Position numbers and translations under genes: made by a program. A stretch of DNA of 64,000 nucleotides from positions 9,185 through 73,184 of the IMG/VR virus record IMGVR_UViG_2887863138_000003. One strand, written 5' to 3'. The notes under the pieces were generated by a model, which was not told the DNA's origin, did no database searches, and saw nothing but the letters and a program-made list of their open reading frames with translations. Positions 18,515 through 28,007 of the stretch are shown here, one piece after another. This DNA comes from a virus (lineage: Duplodnaviria > Caudoviricetes). Positions within the stretch are counted from its first letter, which is position 1. Every line of letters starts with the position of its first letter.

Positions 18515-19210
18515 TTACTTACGTAATTGACTTAGCTTATTGGACAGTTCTAAGACTTTACCAAAGTCTTTTTTCTTCTTTGCTTCCTCTAGTTGTGCTT
18601 CGAGTGTTTTAGCTCCCGTTTCATGACCGTACCCAGATGGTCCGCCAATCGTACTAGGCTCCTTTTTGGTCTGCGCGATAAGAAACGGTTTAGTCTCAAC
18701 TAATGACTGTATTACGCTGTCCATCCCTACCACATTGCCAGACTCATCGAACGTTACTTTAGCTAAATCAGTTGACGCGAGAATGTAGGCATCGTCGATA
18801 TGAGCAATATTCGCGCTAGCTGCCGCAGTAATAAAAACGTTACGAATTTTCTCCTGTCGGTACTTTGCTTCCATCTCAGCAACACTCTGCTCTAGTGTCT
18901 GTTTTGCTGCGGCTTCCTTCTCGTAATCTGTTTTCCATCGCTCGATCTCGGTCATCTCAGATCGCTGTTTCTCTTCTTGTTCTCGTTCGTATTCCGCGAG
19001 CTTCGTTTTCAACTCATCATAATCGGCATACTTTTCCGATTTCTTACGTTCACGTGCGATTCGATCCGCAACAATCTTATCTAGTTCTTCCTGCGTAAAA
19101 GTTTTTGGTGTTTCTACGGGATCATCGGTTGGTGGCGTTTGATCCTCTGTGGCGTCCTCCGCAAAGGTTTGCAAATTCATCGGAAATAAAAGTTTAAGCG
19201 TGTCAGTCAT
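18515..19210 (-). CDS. Capsid scaffolding protein
   Basis: P.NLQ.FAE, KTFTQEELDKIV..R.ARE, KYADYDELK. Confidence 0.85.
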   Translation of the reverse strand: MTDTLKLLFPMNLQTFAEDATEDQTPPTDDPVETPKTFTQEELDKIVADRIARERKKSEKYADYDELKTKLAEYEREQEEKQRSEMTEIERWKTDYEKEAAAKQTLEQSVAEMEAKYRQEKIRNVFITAAASANIAHIDDAYILASTDLAKVTFDESGNVVGMDSVIQSLVETKPFLIAQTKKEPSTIGGPSGYGHETGAKTLEAQLEEAKKKKDFGKVLELSNKLSQLRK

Positions 19211-19282
19211 TCGTTACCTCCCGCTTAAAGCCCGTCGGCTATATAGTTCCGAAAGTTTTTCGCCATTTCGTAAGGCCAAACA

Positions 19283-20110
19283 CTATTCCGGTGTTCTAAC
19301 CGGAGAGACTAAGTGACGACAGCGAGGATGAAAAATATCGCGTCGTCCTCTTAAATCTTCAAGATACGGGTAATCTCCGGGAGCATCAGGCGTCAGCTTA
19401 ACGATCCGGCCTTCCCAAAGTCCGCAATCATCTTTTGCCCCATGTCTCGATATCCTGCCGTAGTATACTTCGCGCCCAACAGCTTCGTTTATCGTTCCTT
19501 CCATGTGCGCGAACATCATTTTCGTACGAGTAACCATATCGACGTAAACTTCCGGCTTCCATCGCCTTCCCGCCGCATCAATAATTCCGGTATTGAGGGA
19601 ATCCCCTAGTGTCTTACGGAGCCTCGTTAGTGTATCGCGATTGATTGTACGTCTACCGTTTACTCCCTTCGCCATGTTTGCTCGCATAGATTCTGCGGTT
19701 ACCTTGCGCACAGCGTTCCGTACTCTTCGTTTTACGTTTCTTGTCACCGCAAGTAGGTCCTCTTGCGTATCAGCTATTACAGCGTTAGTCATTGCCTTGT
19801 TTATTCGGTTGAACCTCGCTATTGAACGGGCTTCCTCAATCGTTGACGCGGCTCCTAGTACGTAGATAGCGTCTGCTATTCCATTGCTGGCCGCTAAGGG
19901 TACGTTTACTCGAACCCATTCCGCAGATTCTTTGTCCAATGCGGATAGTATGCGAGCGACTTCGCTTAGAGATGCAATCCCGTTGTCCCGTGAAATCGAC
20001 GTGATATCAAGCCGGTCAAGCTCACGGAATATGTCCTCCACGGCTTGCTTGTAAGCGCGAACTAGTTTCTCAGTTTCGTAGTCGTAGTTGGGCATCGGTG
20101 GTTGTCGCAT
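19283..20110 (-). CDS. Minor capsid/head morphogenesis protein
   Basis: DAAGRRW....Y.DMV.RT, ISRHGA.D.C..WEG, FHPRCRH. Confidence 0.85.
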   Translation of the reverse strand: MRQPPMPNYDYETEKLVRAYKQAVEDIFRELDRLDITSISRDNGIASLSEVARILSALDKESAEWVRVNVPLAASNGIADAIYVLGAASTIEEARSIARFNRINKAMTNAVIADTQEDLLAVTRNVKRRVRNAVRKVTAESMRANMAKGVNGRRTINRDTLTRLRKTLGDSLNTGIIDAAGRRWKPEVYVDMVTRTKMMFAHMEGTINEAVGREVYYGRISRHGAKDDCGLWEGRIVKLTPDAPGDYPYLEDLRGRRDIFHPRCRHLVSPVRTPE

Positions 20111-21660
20111 TACTCTTCGCCACCCTCGTCATTAAAAATGGACGAGTCCACCGTCCCGTTTGCGGCTTCTTCGTCCTCCTCAATTCGTGCTATAATCTCG
20201 TCAGCTTTTTCGTCGTCTACTTCGTCCATATACTTAATTGCTGAACGGACATCGAGGGTAGGCTTGCCCCCAGTTCTCAACGACATAGTTTCCGCGATCT
20301 CTTTCTCATCACGAGGTATGCCGTCCTTCCAACGAATAGTTGGGTATGCTGGTGTATACGACTCGAAACCCTCTACGCCGTCATTCGCAAAGTTCTCTAG
20401 TATTTGCGATGAGTACAACGCGTCACGAAAAGCATGGTCAACGTGAGCTCTTATCCGTTTAACCTTTGATATAATCGGCATAAAACGTGACTTTATCGCC
20501 GAGCCATCAGTATGTGACGTTCCGGTTCCGCCTTTGTCCTCCGCTAATGTCGTACCGAATAGCCATTGTGGCGTCTCGCTCATCTGGAATACGATGCCTA
20601 GTAAAACGTCTAGCTCTTTAAAGGCGCCGTCTAACTGCGAATCCCATGTCATATATCCGGGCGTGACTTCCGTTTTATCTACGGGGATATAGCGTCCACT
20701 GAATCGTACGTCGGGCTCACCTAAATCGGGCCCGTACGCAGTTGGATCGCTGTGTTTCCACAGGATGTAGTCAATCTGAACCAGCCTATCGTTAATCGCG
20801 GCCAGTACCGACTCTATCTTTTCAATGCCGCTACTTCCCCGCCAATCGGTATCAGTAGACTTGTACGGAATGTGATAGACGGCCATGTGAGAGAGACCCG
20901 TTGCAACAACGTCTTTCTCGTGTCCTGTACTTACCGTGTCCCCTATGGTGAATGTTTGAATAGGCGCATCATACCGCGTATCTACTGATTTAGGATGTAG
21001 CCGGAACCTCTCGTAGATTATTGCCCCTGGAACATGGCGTTCGACGTTAAGGTACGGAGTTTGCGTCATCTTCGAGCCCTCTACGATTGACTCTATTAAT
21101 CCGTTTGTCTCCGTCACCCACTCGACCCACGCTATATTAATCGCCTTGAATCGTTTTCGCGACCCTTTCGATAGCTCGGGGAATACGTTCGACGGGTCAA
21201 CCGCTTCGATAATCGGTTCAGGTTTCACTTTGATTTCAATACCATCGGGCACTTCAGATAAATCCTGCCGTGGAGCATAGTATGTCTTGATGAACGCGTC
21301 TCCCCGAATCCCAGCACCGGTAACTATCTCGTGACCCAAAACGTTCAAATCGTTTTCCTCAACAATAGAGGTCAGTCGTTGCTGCTCGATGGAGGAGTCA
21401 GGCTTGCCGGATTCATACGAAGGTGGCTCACCGAACATTAAATCGGCCGGCTTCGTTAGCAGTACGTCCATCAAGTTGACCGCGATATAGAGCTTCGATA
21501 ATTGGGGAGCGTGCGGCGTATCCTTTAGGATTTCGGTTGCACGTTCGAGTACTTCCGCTTGCTTGCCGTCGAAAATCTTACGGCCTCGATAGTATTTGGA
21601 CAGGCGTTCAATGTCGCGTGAAGGTGGGAATTGCGCACCTGTGACGAATAGTTTAGCGAT
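20110..21660 (-). CDS. Portal protein (SPP1 gp6-like); probable ATC start
   Basis: Frame open upstream of the track start (21474) to AGAAAGGAGG-8nt-ATC giving MAKLFVTGAQFPP; Y...N......K.AD.MFGEPP motif. Confidence 0.9.
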   Translation of the reverse strand: MAKLFVTGAQFPPSRDIERLSKYYRGRKIFDGKQAEVLERATEILKDTPHAPQLSKLYIAVNLMDVLLTKPADLMFGEPPSYESGKPDSSIEQQRLTSIVEENDLNVLGHEIVTGAGIRGDAFIKTYYAPRQDLSEVPDGIEIKVKPEPIIEAVDPSNVFPELSKGSRKRFKAINIAWVEWVTETNGLIESIVEGSKMTQTPYLNVERHVPGAIIYERFRLHPKSVDTRYDAPIQTFTIGDTVSTGHEKDVVATGLSHMAVYHIPYKSTDTDWRGSSGIEKIESVLAAINDRLVQIDYILWKHSDPTAYGPDLGEPDVRFSGRYIPVDKTEVTPGYMTWDSQLDGAFKELDVLLGIVFQMSETPQWLFGTTLAEDKGGTGTSHTDGSAIKSRFMPIISKVKRIRAHVDHAFRDALYSSQILENFANDGVEGFESYTPAYPTIRWKDGIPRDEKEIAETMSLRTGGKPTLDVRSAIKYMDEVDDEKADEIIARIEEDEEAANGTVDSSIFNDEGGEE

Positions 21661-21676
21661 AAGTCTCGCCTCCTTT

Positions 21677-23377
21677 CTATAGATATGCGGGCTTGTCTGT
21701 CACTCGTTTTCTACGCAGCTTTGCCGCGCCATACGCCATATGCAAGGCATCTGGACCATCATCGTGATTATGATTCGGGTACATTTCGAACATCTCGATA
21801 AGCAAACGTTGGTCCCGCTTAAATCGAATCTTCCCACTCTGAATATCCGGCAACAATGATTCTATTCGGAGTGCTTTACGCATGCGTTGCTTGATCTCCT
21901 TCAGCCGTCGATGTGTGGGGTACCCTTTCCTCCGTAACTCTTCAGCCAGTTTATGTGCAAACCATTCCTGTGCTTGCTGTGCCTCGACCGCGATTCCCTC
22001 ATACTGAAACTGAAGTGAACGATTAACAACTTCTTGTAGCAGAATGTCGGGATGTACTCGTTTAAGAAACACATCTAGCACGTAACAAACACCCGTGTCA
22101 CGATTACGGCCTATTGTAATAATTGCGGAGTAGTCCCCCTTCTCCTTACCCATCGCGAAGTCAATTCCGCAGTAATAATCTAACGTCAGGCCTTGCATGT
22201 CTTCTTCCGTATAGTACGTGAATGTTTCGGGATTAAAAATCTGCGACTCCTCATCGACCGGATTGCCGAGGTACTCTTGGTTAAACGCCCGTGCGCCCAT
22301 TGCCTCCCGCTTCTCCATGAAAAACTTATAGGTGTATCGCGGCCATAACGTTTTAGTTCCCTTCAGTAGCTCCGTTTCGTTCTCTTCATAAAAAGAGTCC
22401 GCATTCTGTTTTGCATTCGGAACATCCTCGTTGTAAAGCTTTCGCCATAATTCCCATAAGTCTTCACGTTCTGACCACGACAAAATTGCAGGAAACTTGC
22501 GCGATACGAAGTCTTTACGCTTTGTGAGGACGTGGTTAAGCAAACTGTCATAATGTACGATTGTTCCCATGTAAACGCAAAGCCCACCAAAACCAAGTGC
22601 TTCTAACATCTCAGATCGGAACCAGTGAAGGTTTTTCGCACGCAATTCAGGTGTATTTGTGTTTTCCCCTGATTCCAAGTCGTCGAGCAAGAACAGATCC
22701 GGTCGTGTTGCCCCATGTCGGAGGCCCCGCATCTGTGTACCCATACCCTTTGCCTCGACCTTTGTTCCCGTTGTCGTCACGAACTCATACTTGTTGTCCG
22801 TATCATTCATGGACTTCTTTTCGTAGAGCAAAATACCGAAGTCCTCACGTAATTTCTGATTAAAGACAAGTTGATTACGCGTCCACTGTATGAAGTCCCC
22901 GGCTACGTCAGTCGTTTCTGAAACCTCAACAATATAGCGTTTGTGCCGGTATGCTACGTTTCTACATAGGAACCCATTTGACAAGTAAGCAGTCTTCGCA
23001 TGATTTCGTCCAACAGACCATGCCACATTTTCCGATACATTACCTCGCGTTATTTCATCGAGTAATTGACATAGCTCACGGTGAAAATCGGCTGCATCCT
23101 CATAATCAACTCCTGCCGGTATGAGGTTATCTTGGTTGCCGGGGTTCCTCGCCTCAGAAAAGTATTCGTACATGAACAGGAGGCTATCGTACTCGCAATC
23201 GTGGACACGTTGGAGCCTAGATAATTCTGAGTCAAGTAGCTCCCATTGATCAACGTCATAATCCGTTAAGTCGCCTACATCAGCCAGCCGCTTATATTGA
23301 GCAATGAGTTCGATACGACGGTCGATTTCGAGCTGTCGCGCCGGACGATCATGCCATTCACCATTGAGGAACGCCAA
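21677..23377 (-). CDS. Terminase large subunit
   Basis: GRNHAKT (Walker A-like), RGLRHG..RPDL.LLDDLE, nuclease GIDFA.G and HDDGPDA. Confidence 0.95.
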   Translation of the reverse strand: MAFLNGEWHDRPARQLEIDRRIELIAQYKRLADVGDLTDYDVDQWELLDSELSRLQRVHDCEYDSLLFMYEYFSEARNPGNQDNLIPAGVDYEDAADFHRELCQLLDEITRGNVSENVAWSVGRNHAKTAYLSNGFLCRNVAYRHKRYIVEVSETTDVAGDFIQWTRNQLVFNQKLREDFGILLYEKKSMNDTDNKYEFVTTTGTKVEAKGMGTQMRGLRHGATRPDLFLLDDLESGENTNTPELRAKNLHWFRSEMLEALGFGGLCVYMGTIVHYDSLLNHVLTKRKDFVSRKFPAILSWSEREDLWELWRKLYNEDVPNAKQNADSFYEENETELLKGTKTLWPRYTYKFFMEKREAMGARAFNQEYLGNPVDEESQIFNPETFTYYTEEDMQGLTLDYYCGIDFAMGKEKGDYSAIITIGRNRDTGVCYVLDVFLKRVHPDILLQEVVNRSLQFQYEGIAVEAQQAQEWFAHKLAEELRRKGYPTHRRLKEIKQRMRKALRIESLLPDIQSGKIRFKRDQRLLIEMFEMYPNHNHDDGPDALHMAYGAAKLRRKRVTDKPAYL

Positions 23378-23833
23378 TCACTCGTCACCTTCCCTCTTCA
23401 ACGAGTCCGCACGTTCCTTCAAACGGGCTAGACGGTCTTCAAGCGACTGAACAGTAGAGCCTTCTTCCGTTTTGACCTCCTGACGATCAATAAGGAGTCC
23501 ACCAAATTTATAAAACAGCTCAATCCCTTTCATTGAACCTTGCCCTTTAAGCGTCATGTCCAGATGTTTCTCCATGATGTGCGGAAGGTGTGACATAAAC
23601 GCGTCTGCCGATAACTCATTCGTGTACGCAATAAAGTCACGATTATGATGCCGCCATTTATAAAGAGCACTAATTGAACATTTCGCCTGCTCTGCAATCT
23701 CGTCGAGAGTTAAACGTCCTTGTTCGCCATCATCGGGATTACGCGGTAGGAAGTTGTTAATTGCGAGTAATTGAGCTGCCGTTATTTGCTCACGCGTTAA
23801 TTTCGCTTCTAATTTACGCAAGTCTTTCGCCAT
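23378..23833 (-). CDS. Terminase small subunit-like HTH protein
   Basis: LT.EQI.AAQLL, TLDEIAEQ....S.LY.W HTH; directly upstream of terL. Confidence 0.75.
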   Translation of the reverse strand: MAKDLRKLEAKLTREQITAAQLLAINNFLPRNPDDGEQGRLTLDEIAEQAKCSISALYKWRHHNRDFIAYTNELSADAFMSHLPHIMEKHLDMTLKGQGSMKGIELFYKFGGLLIDRQEVKTEEGSTVQSLEDRLARLKERADSLKREGDE

Positions 23834-23967
23834 TTTACCGTTCTCCTTCGTTAAGATACGTTATTATATTCGAAACGTTCACGCTTTCTCGGCCGTTACC
23901 GGGGAGTCGCGGCATAACTGGCGAAGCTAATCGCCAGCACGGTCGTTCTAACGTCATCAAATGTAAA

Positions 23968-23998
23968 AAGAAGCCACCGATAGGCATCCGGTAGCTTC
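23968..23998 (-). terminator. Intrinsic terminator upstream of terS
   Basis: Minus strand GAAGCTACCG-GATGCCTAT-CGGTGGCTTC followed by TTTTT. Confidence 0.6.
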
Positions 23999-24493
23999 CG
24001 TTTAAATTCGAGGGGTATTCGATTAGACCCGAAGGTTTAAAACTTGTAAGAAAACGCTCGGAACCTGACGGTGAAGGATCGTACACCCGCCTTGGGGGTA
24101 TCCGTGAAATGCATAAACGTTGCATACGGTTGTAACCAAACGTACGTTTGAGTCCGATAATATATGATCCGTAAACACTTGTTCGCATACGTAAACCCCG
24201 TCACTATGCGATTTAATATGTTAACCATACGTTATAAGATTGACATAATCGGGTGTATATCAATATCTAGTACGAACACGGGTTGAATACGAATACATTT
24301 CGAAGAATAACCGTGAATACCGTATGCATCCGGGTTGAAGTTTTCGGAAGGGTCACGCGTGGAACGCTCGTGCGGATATTTTCGGGTTAGCATCACGGTT
24401 CAATCGGTACGCTTCGTTTCCGGTAGTCCCCGAGTTCCTTCTATATTATGACGCGGGTTAATGACGGGTAGGAACGTGTACCGATTTGTCCAT

Positions 24494-24685
24494 CTATCCG
24501 TCTCCCTTCCGTAGCCATAAAGCTATTGTGATAAGTAAGATTAGTCCGCCCAAACACGCCCAATAAGGTAGTGCGAATAGCACACTGATACCCCACGCTA
24601 GAAGTACGATTCCTACGAGTATTGCCATAAGAACTCCGAGTAACATTAACGCGATCTTAGCGTAGAAATTAGGTCCGAAGAGCAT
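24494..24685 (-). CDS. Small membrane protein
   Basis: 63 aa, two TM helices, GGAGG RBS. Confidence 0.65.
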   Translation of the reverse strand: MLFGPNFYAKIALMLLGVLMAILVGIVLLAWGISVLFALPYWACLGGLILLITIALWLRKGDG

Positions 24686-24712
24686 CGTGTATTACCGCCT
24701 CCTTTCCGTTAT

Positions 24713-24838
24713 TTATCTATATGGCCCGTTACGGAAGCTCCACAAGAACAGGCCGCCTACAAACGCTAAAGCTAACGCGCCTAATCCGACAGGTACTCCG
24801 ATAATCCACACGGCCCACATCGGTAAAGTAAACGTCAT
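24713..24838 (-). CDS. Small membrane peptide, 41 aa (not in ORF track)
   Basis: GAGGAGG RBS; MTFTLPMWAVWIIGVPVGLGALALAFVGGLFLWSFRNGPYR. Confidence 0.65.
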   Translation of the reverse strand: MTFTLPMWAVWIIGVPVGLGALALAFVGGLFLWSFRNGPYR

Positions 24839-25094
24839 ACACACGGCCTCCTCTCGTTAATAATTCGTACGTAAAGAGTACTGCTACGGCTCATTCGAGC
24901 CTCCGCCCTCAGCGGACAAGCCGCCTCGGTATCAATATCTTCTACCGCGTTGTAATTACTTCTATACTTTGTTCGCGATGAGAGATGATAGCGAGGCAAC
25001 TTGTTTGCCGAAGCTCGGCGTTAGCCGATTATATTTACGGGATAAGAAAGGGAAATCACGACAAACCGCGCCACTATGCGATTTTCGCTCTCGG

Positions 25095-25138
25095 ATATGT
25101 TACGCTGGCATAACATATATGTTACGGTAGCATAACAT
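25095..25138. repeat. Two tandem 22-bp palindromic repeats (iteron/operator-like)
   Basis: ATATGTTACGCTGGCATAACAT + ATATGTTACGGTAGCATAACAT, 22 bp downstream of the RepL-like stop. Confidence 0.8.
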
Positions 25139-25160
25139 ATTGTTTACGTAATCTAGGCGT

Positions 25161-25706
25161 CTAGGCGCTTTCCTCCTCGTCATTATCCACCGCCGCCTGT
25201 TCAAACAACTTCACCGCCGTAGCCAAAACACTCGTATCCCCACGGTAAATAAAATGCGGATTAAGCATGTAATACTTCTCGCGGCCGATCTTCGTACAGC
25301 CCAGCAATCGTTTGTCCCGCGAACACAGTCCGTCCAGTACGCGTGCAGCTCTTTGACGACTCCACCCCATTAGGTCAGCGACTCTATTAACGTTGAAATA
25401 AAACGATTGTTCGTCCTTTACGTATTGATCGTAGTCAAGAAATATCAGTATCGAAAATAGTAACGACTTCTCATCGTCAGTTAACCGTTTGTTGCGTACT
25501 AAGTCACGGTTGTTCGCGTGAAATACCATCGTGAAGTCGTGTGTTCTATCGAACTTCTTCGGCCTATATGATCGAACGCGCTGGCCGGGCGATACGTCCA
25601 CGAGCACCTTTTGTGGCTCGGTTGTTCCGTTGTGAAAGTGGCCCGATTCCACCACGTCAAGAATTTCGCCAGTTGTTACGTCCATAAACCTACCATTACT
25701 ACTCAT
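25161..25706 (-). CDS. RepL-like (Firmicute plasmid replication/maintenance) winged-helix protein
   Basis: D.TTGEI N-terminus, LT.DEK.LL..I...LDY, Y.LNP....RG; GGGGAG RBS before MSSNGR. Confidence 0.65.
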   Translation of the reverse strand: MSSNGRFMDVTTGEILDVVESGHFHNGTTEPQKVLVDVSPGQRVRSYRPKKFDRTHDFTMVFHANNRDLVRNKRLTDDEKSLLFSILIFLDYDQYVKDEQSFYFNVNRVADLMGWSRQRAARVLDGLCSRDKRLLGCTKIGREKYYMLNPHFIYRGDTSVLATAVKLFEQAAVDNDEEESA

Positions 25707-26276
25707 CCAATCGCTCCCCATTCTCTTTGTAGTTACGCTCCCGTAATGTAAACTTGCGGCCGATAGCGTGGAGCGTTACGCATTAAGAACGGTTCATGAC
25801 GCCGTTCCTCGACCGCATGTAGCGTACGTAAACTAAATAAAGCTCCCGACGGAAAGTACTCGTCAGAAGCTCTCGTTTAATTTACGTTTGAAATCATCAC
25901 TCTCGAAAACAATATGTACCTTGCGTCTTATTTCCCGTCTTTAACAATCGCGAATACCTTAACCCTCATCGTCTGTTTCCGATATCTTAATACGAAGGTC
26001 CTTTCCGTCTAATTCTCGCCACTGCGACTCCCGTAATTCTCGAATGTGGTCGGCGTATTTTTACCCAGAAAAGCGAACCCGAATTTATGACGGACTAAGC
26101 TACAAAACCCCATCAAGAAGGGAAGATTTGAGGTAAAAATATTCTAGTACTTATCTTTTCCATTTCCAATAATTGACTCAACCCCAATTAGCTGTTTAAA
26201 TAAAGGTACTACCCAATTGAACTTTTGGTGGGTAATTTTAGATTAAATCTTTTATAAATAAGAAAGGGTGTTTTTT

Positions 26277-27365
26277 TTGAAAAGATATTTTTTAATTTCA
26301 CTAACCTTGTCAAGTGTTATATGTAGTTCTTTCTTTTCTCCTAACGCAGTCGTCCATGCAAAGAACAGCGAATATGAGTTACATACTACAAAAAAAGATT
26401 TTGAAAGAGCTTTAAAAAAGAATGGTGTTGCCTTTATAGATACTGAACTAGTTCCACTGGAAACTATAGACAGTTATTATGATAGTGAAGATGAGGGAAC
26501 GAAGAAGTTACAATCTTTTAAATCAAATGAAAACCCTTCTTTACACGTTGATGAAAAGCCTACTTCTAAGATTGATTCGTACGGGTTAATTCAAGATGGA
26601 GATAAAGAAATACCTGTTTATATCATAAGTCCAATTGATACGGTAATGCCGAAAAATATGAATAAACAAGATATCATTGAAAAAGTAATTAAAGCTGCTT
26701 TAGATAATTATTATGCTAAAGAGAAGGAAGAGAAGACAGATAATCCCCCTAATAGTCTAGTTCCGTTTGCTATGGGAACCTATGAACCAAAAGCTTCCGC
26801 ACTTAAAGTAAATCATGCTTGGTCTACTAATGATTCTTATTGGTTAACTATGTATAGAGTATATGAAGCTCCACGTTCAGGTTCAAATGTTTATACATTT
26901 ATGCAAGCTGATCATGAGTATCTGGGCCCGACTAAAGGGAATAACAGAATTATACCATGGACATTTAAAACTCAATGGATAGCTAGATATGATGGATTGA
27001 TGCATAAACCACAGCCTCAGAGCATAAAAGGAGACAGTGACATGTCTATAGCTATTAATAAATATATTACTTTGTCAGCTGATTTCATTTCAGCTTTGAC
27101 ACTGAAACATGAGTTTTCCATGTCAACTAATCACGCTGTATGGACAATGTACCCCTATAATTTTGCTGCCTTCCGAAAAGGTTTTCAATTCTCACAAGGA
27201 GCATACATTGATAAAGGGGCTGATTGGAATTCTGTTAACCTCCAAGTATGGGATGAATTTTGGCTGACTCATAGTACTGGTTCAAATTCTGCTGACTTAC
27301 AACATAAATATAATGTGAAATATTTCTATAAAGACGACAGATTAAGACTTACGACTAAAGAATAA
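26277..27365 (+). CDS. Secreted moron protein of unknown function
   Basis: AT-rich, opposite to phage orientation; signal MKRYFLISLTLSSVICSSFFSPNAVVHA; aromatic-rich beta C-terminal domain. Confidence 0.8.
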   Translation: MKRYFLISLTLSSVICSSFFSPNAVVHAKNSEYELHTTKKDFERALKKNGVAFIDTELVPLETIDSYYDSEDEGTKKLQSFKSNENPSLHVDEKPTSKIDSYGLIQDGDKEIPVYIISPIDTVMPKNMNKQDIIEKVIKAALDNYYAKEKEEKTDNPPNSLVPFAMGTYEPKASALKVNHAWSTNDSYWLTMYRVYEAPRSGSNVYTFMQADHEYLGPTKGNNRIIPWTFKTQWIARYDGLMHKPQPQSIKGDSDMSIAINKYITLSADFISALTLKHEFSMSTNHAVWTMYPYNFAAFRKGFQFSQGAYIDKGADWNSVNLQVWDEFWLTHSTGSNSADLQHKYNVKYFYKDDRLRLTTKE

Positions 27366-27392
27366 ACCTTTATATTTTTCTGGAGGTAAATT

Positions 27393-27569
27393 TTGAAAAT
27401 ACTTATATTTGTACTATGTTTGATGATTTTTACTATTAATTCTTATCTTTATATTTTTGTGAGTAGTTTAGAAAGAAATCATCACTCCACAGAAACCCAA
27501 AGCATATTTTATTTAATTAATATCGTGCTTCTTTTCTTGGTTGTTCAGACAAATAAAAAATATAAGTAA
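27393..27569 (+). CDS. Small two-TM membrane protein, 58 aa (possible immunity partner; not in ORF track)
   Basis: GGAGG RBS, TTG start; MKILIFVLCLMIFTINSYLYIFVSS...FYLINIVLLFLVVQTNKKYK. Confidence 0.65.
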   Translation: MKILIFVLCLMIFTINSYLYIFVSSLERNHHSTETQSIFYLINIVLLFLVVQTNKKYK

Positions 27570-27620
27570 TAGTAAAGTTATATTTTGTGATCGTAAATTC
27601 TAGAATATCGAAATGACCTT

Positions 27621-27657
27621 AACTGACGACTAATGAATTTAGGCGTCAGTTTTTTAT
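27621..27657 (+). terminator. Moron terminator
   Basis: AACTGACG...CGTCAGTT stem followed by a T-run. Confidence 0.6.
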
Positions 27658-27790
27658 TCCATCATCCTACCACTTTCTGCATAGAGGCGGCCTGTTCCTC
27701 GTCAATTCCGAATATTCTAGCGCTCGTAGCCCAAAAGGTCGGATTACCAGCGCCAGCCACGTCCTCAGACGCGGTTGGTCTTTGATACGA

Positions 27791-27829
27791 TTAGTAACCG
27801 GGATTGTCCGTCCAATCTGGTTCCGTCAT
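27791..27829 (-). CDS. Micro-peptide 3, MTEPDWTDNPGY
   Basis: AAAGGAG RBS 10 nt upstream; 12 codons + TAA; third unit of a 58-bp-period array. Confidence 0.8.
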   Translation of the reverse strand: MTEPDWTDNPGY

Positions 27830-27848
27830 AAATAATACACTCCTTTGT

Positions 27849-27887
27849 TTAATAGCCGGGATCATCGGGCCATTCTGGATCAGTCAT
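27849..27887 (-). CDS. Micro-peptide 2, MTDPEWPDDPGY
   Basis: AAGGAGG RBS 9 nt upstream; 12 codons + TAA. Confidence 0.85.
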   Translation of the reverse strand: MTDPEWPDDPGY

Positions 27888-27906
27888 GTCGCGTAGCCTC
27901 CTTGTA

Positions 27907-27987
27907 CTAATGGCCGGGATTATCAACCCAGTTAGGGTCTGTGCAGCATTTCCACTCCGGAAAGCTCTCGAAAACTATCTTCATCAT
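27907..27987 (-). CDS. Micro-peptide 1, MMKIVFESFPEWKCCTDPNWVDNPGH
   Basis: AAGGAGGT RBS; C-terminal 11 aa match the same motif; stop 58 bp from the next unit's stop. Confidence 0.75.
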   Translation of the reverse strand: MMKIVFESFPEWKCCTDPNWVDNPGH

Positions 27988-28007
27988 ATCCACCTCCTTG
28001 CCTACAC

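Noticed and set aside
3101-23259. Numerous 60-190-aa plus-strand ORFs in the structural region
   Set aside because: Antisense shadows of well-supported minus-strand genes, without RBSs or motifs.
23835-24188. 117-aa ORF upstream of terS
   Set aside because: No RBS, atypical composition, and it spans an intrinsic terminator.
27662-27790. In-frame open stretch after micro-peptide 3 (a fourth peptide or readthrough)
   Set aside because: Lacks the motif and a well-spaced RBS; more likely a remnant of a disrupted gene.
27791-27945. 58-bp periodic repeat as a CRISPR mini-array
   Set aside because: No identical repeats with unique spacers; conservation follows codons and RBSs; no cas operon (the nuclease at 40.6 kb is an ordinary phage PD-(D/E)XK protein).
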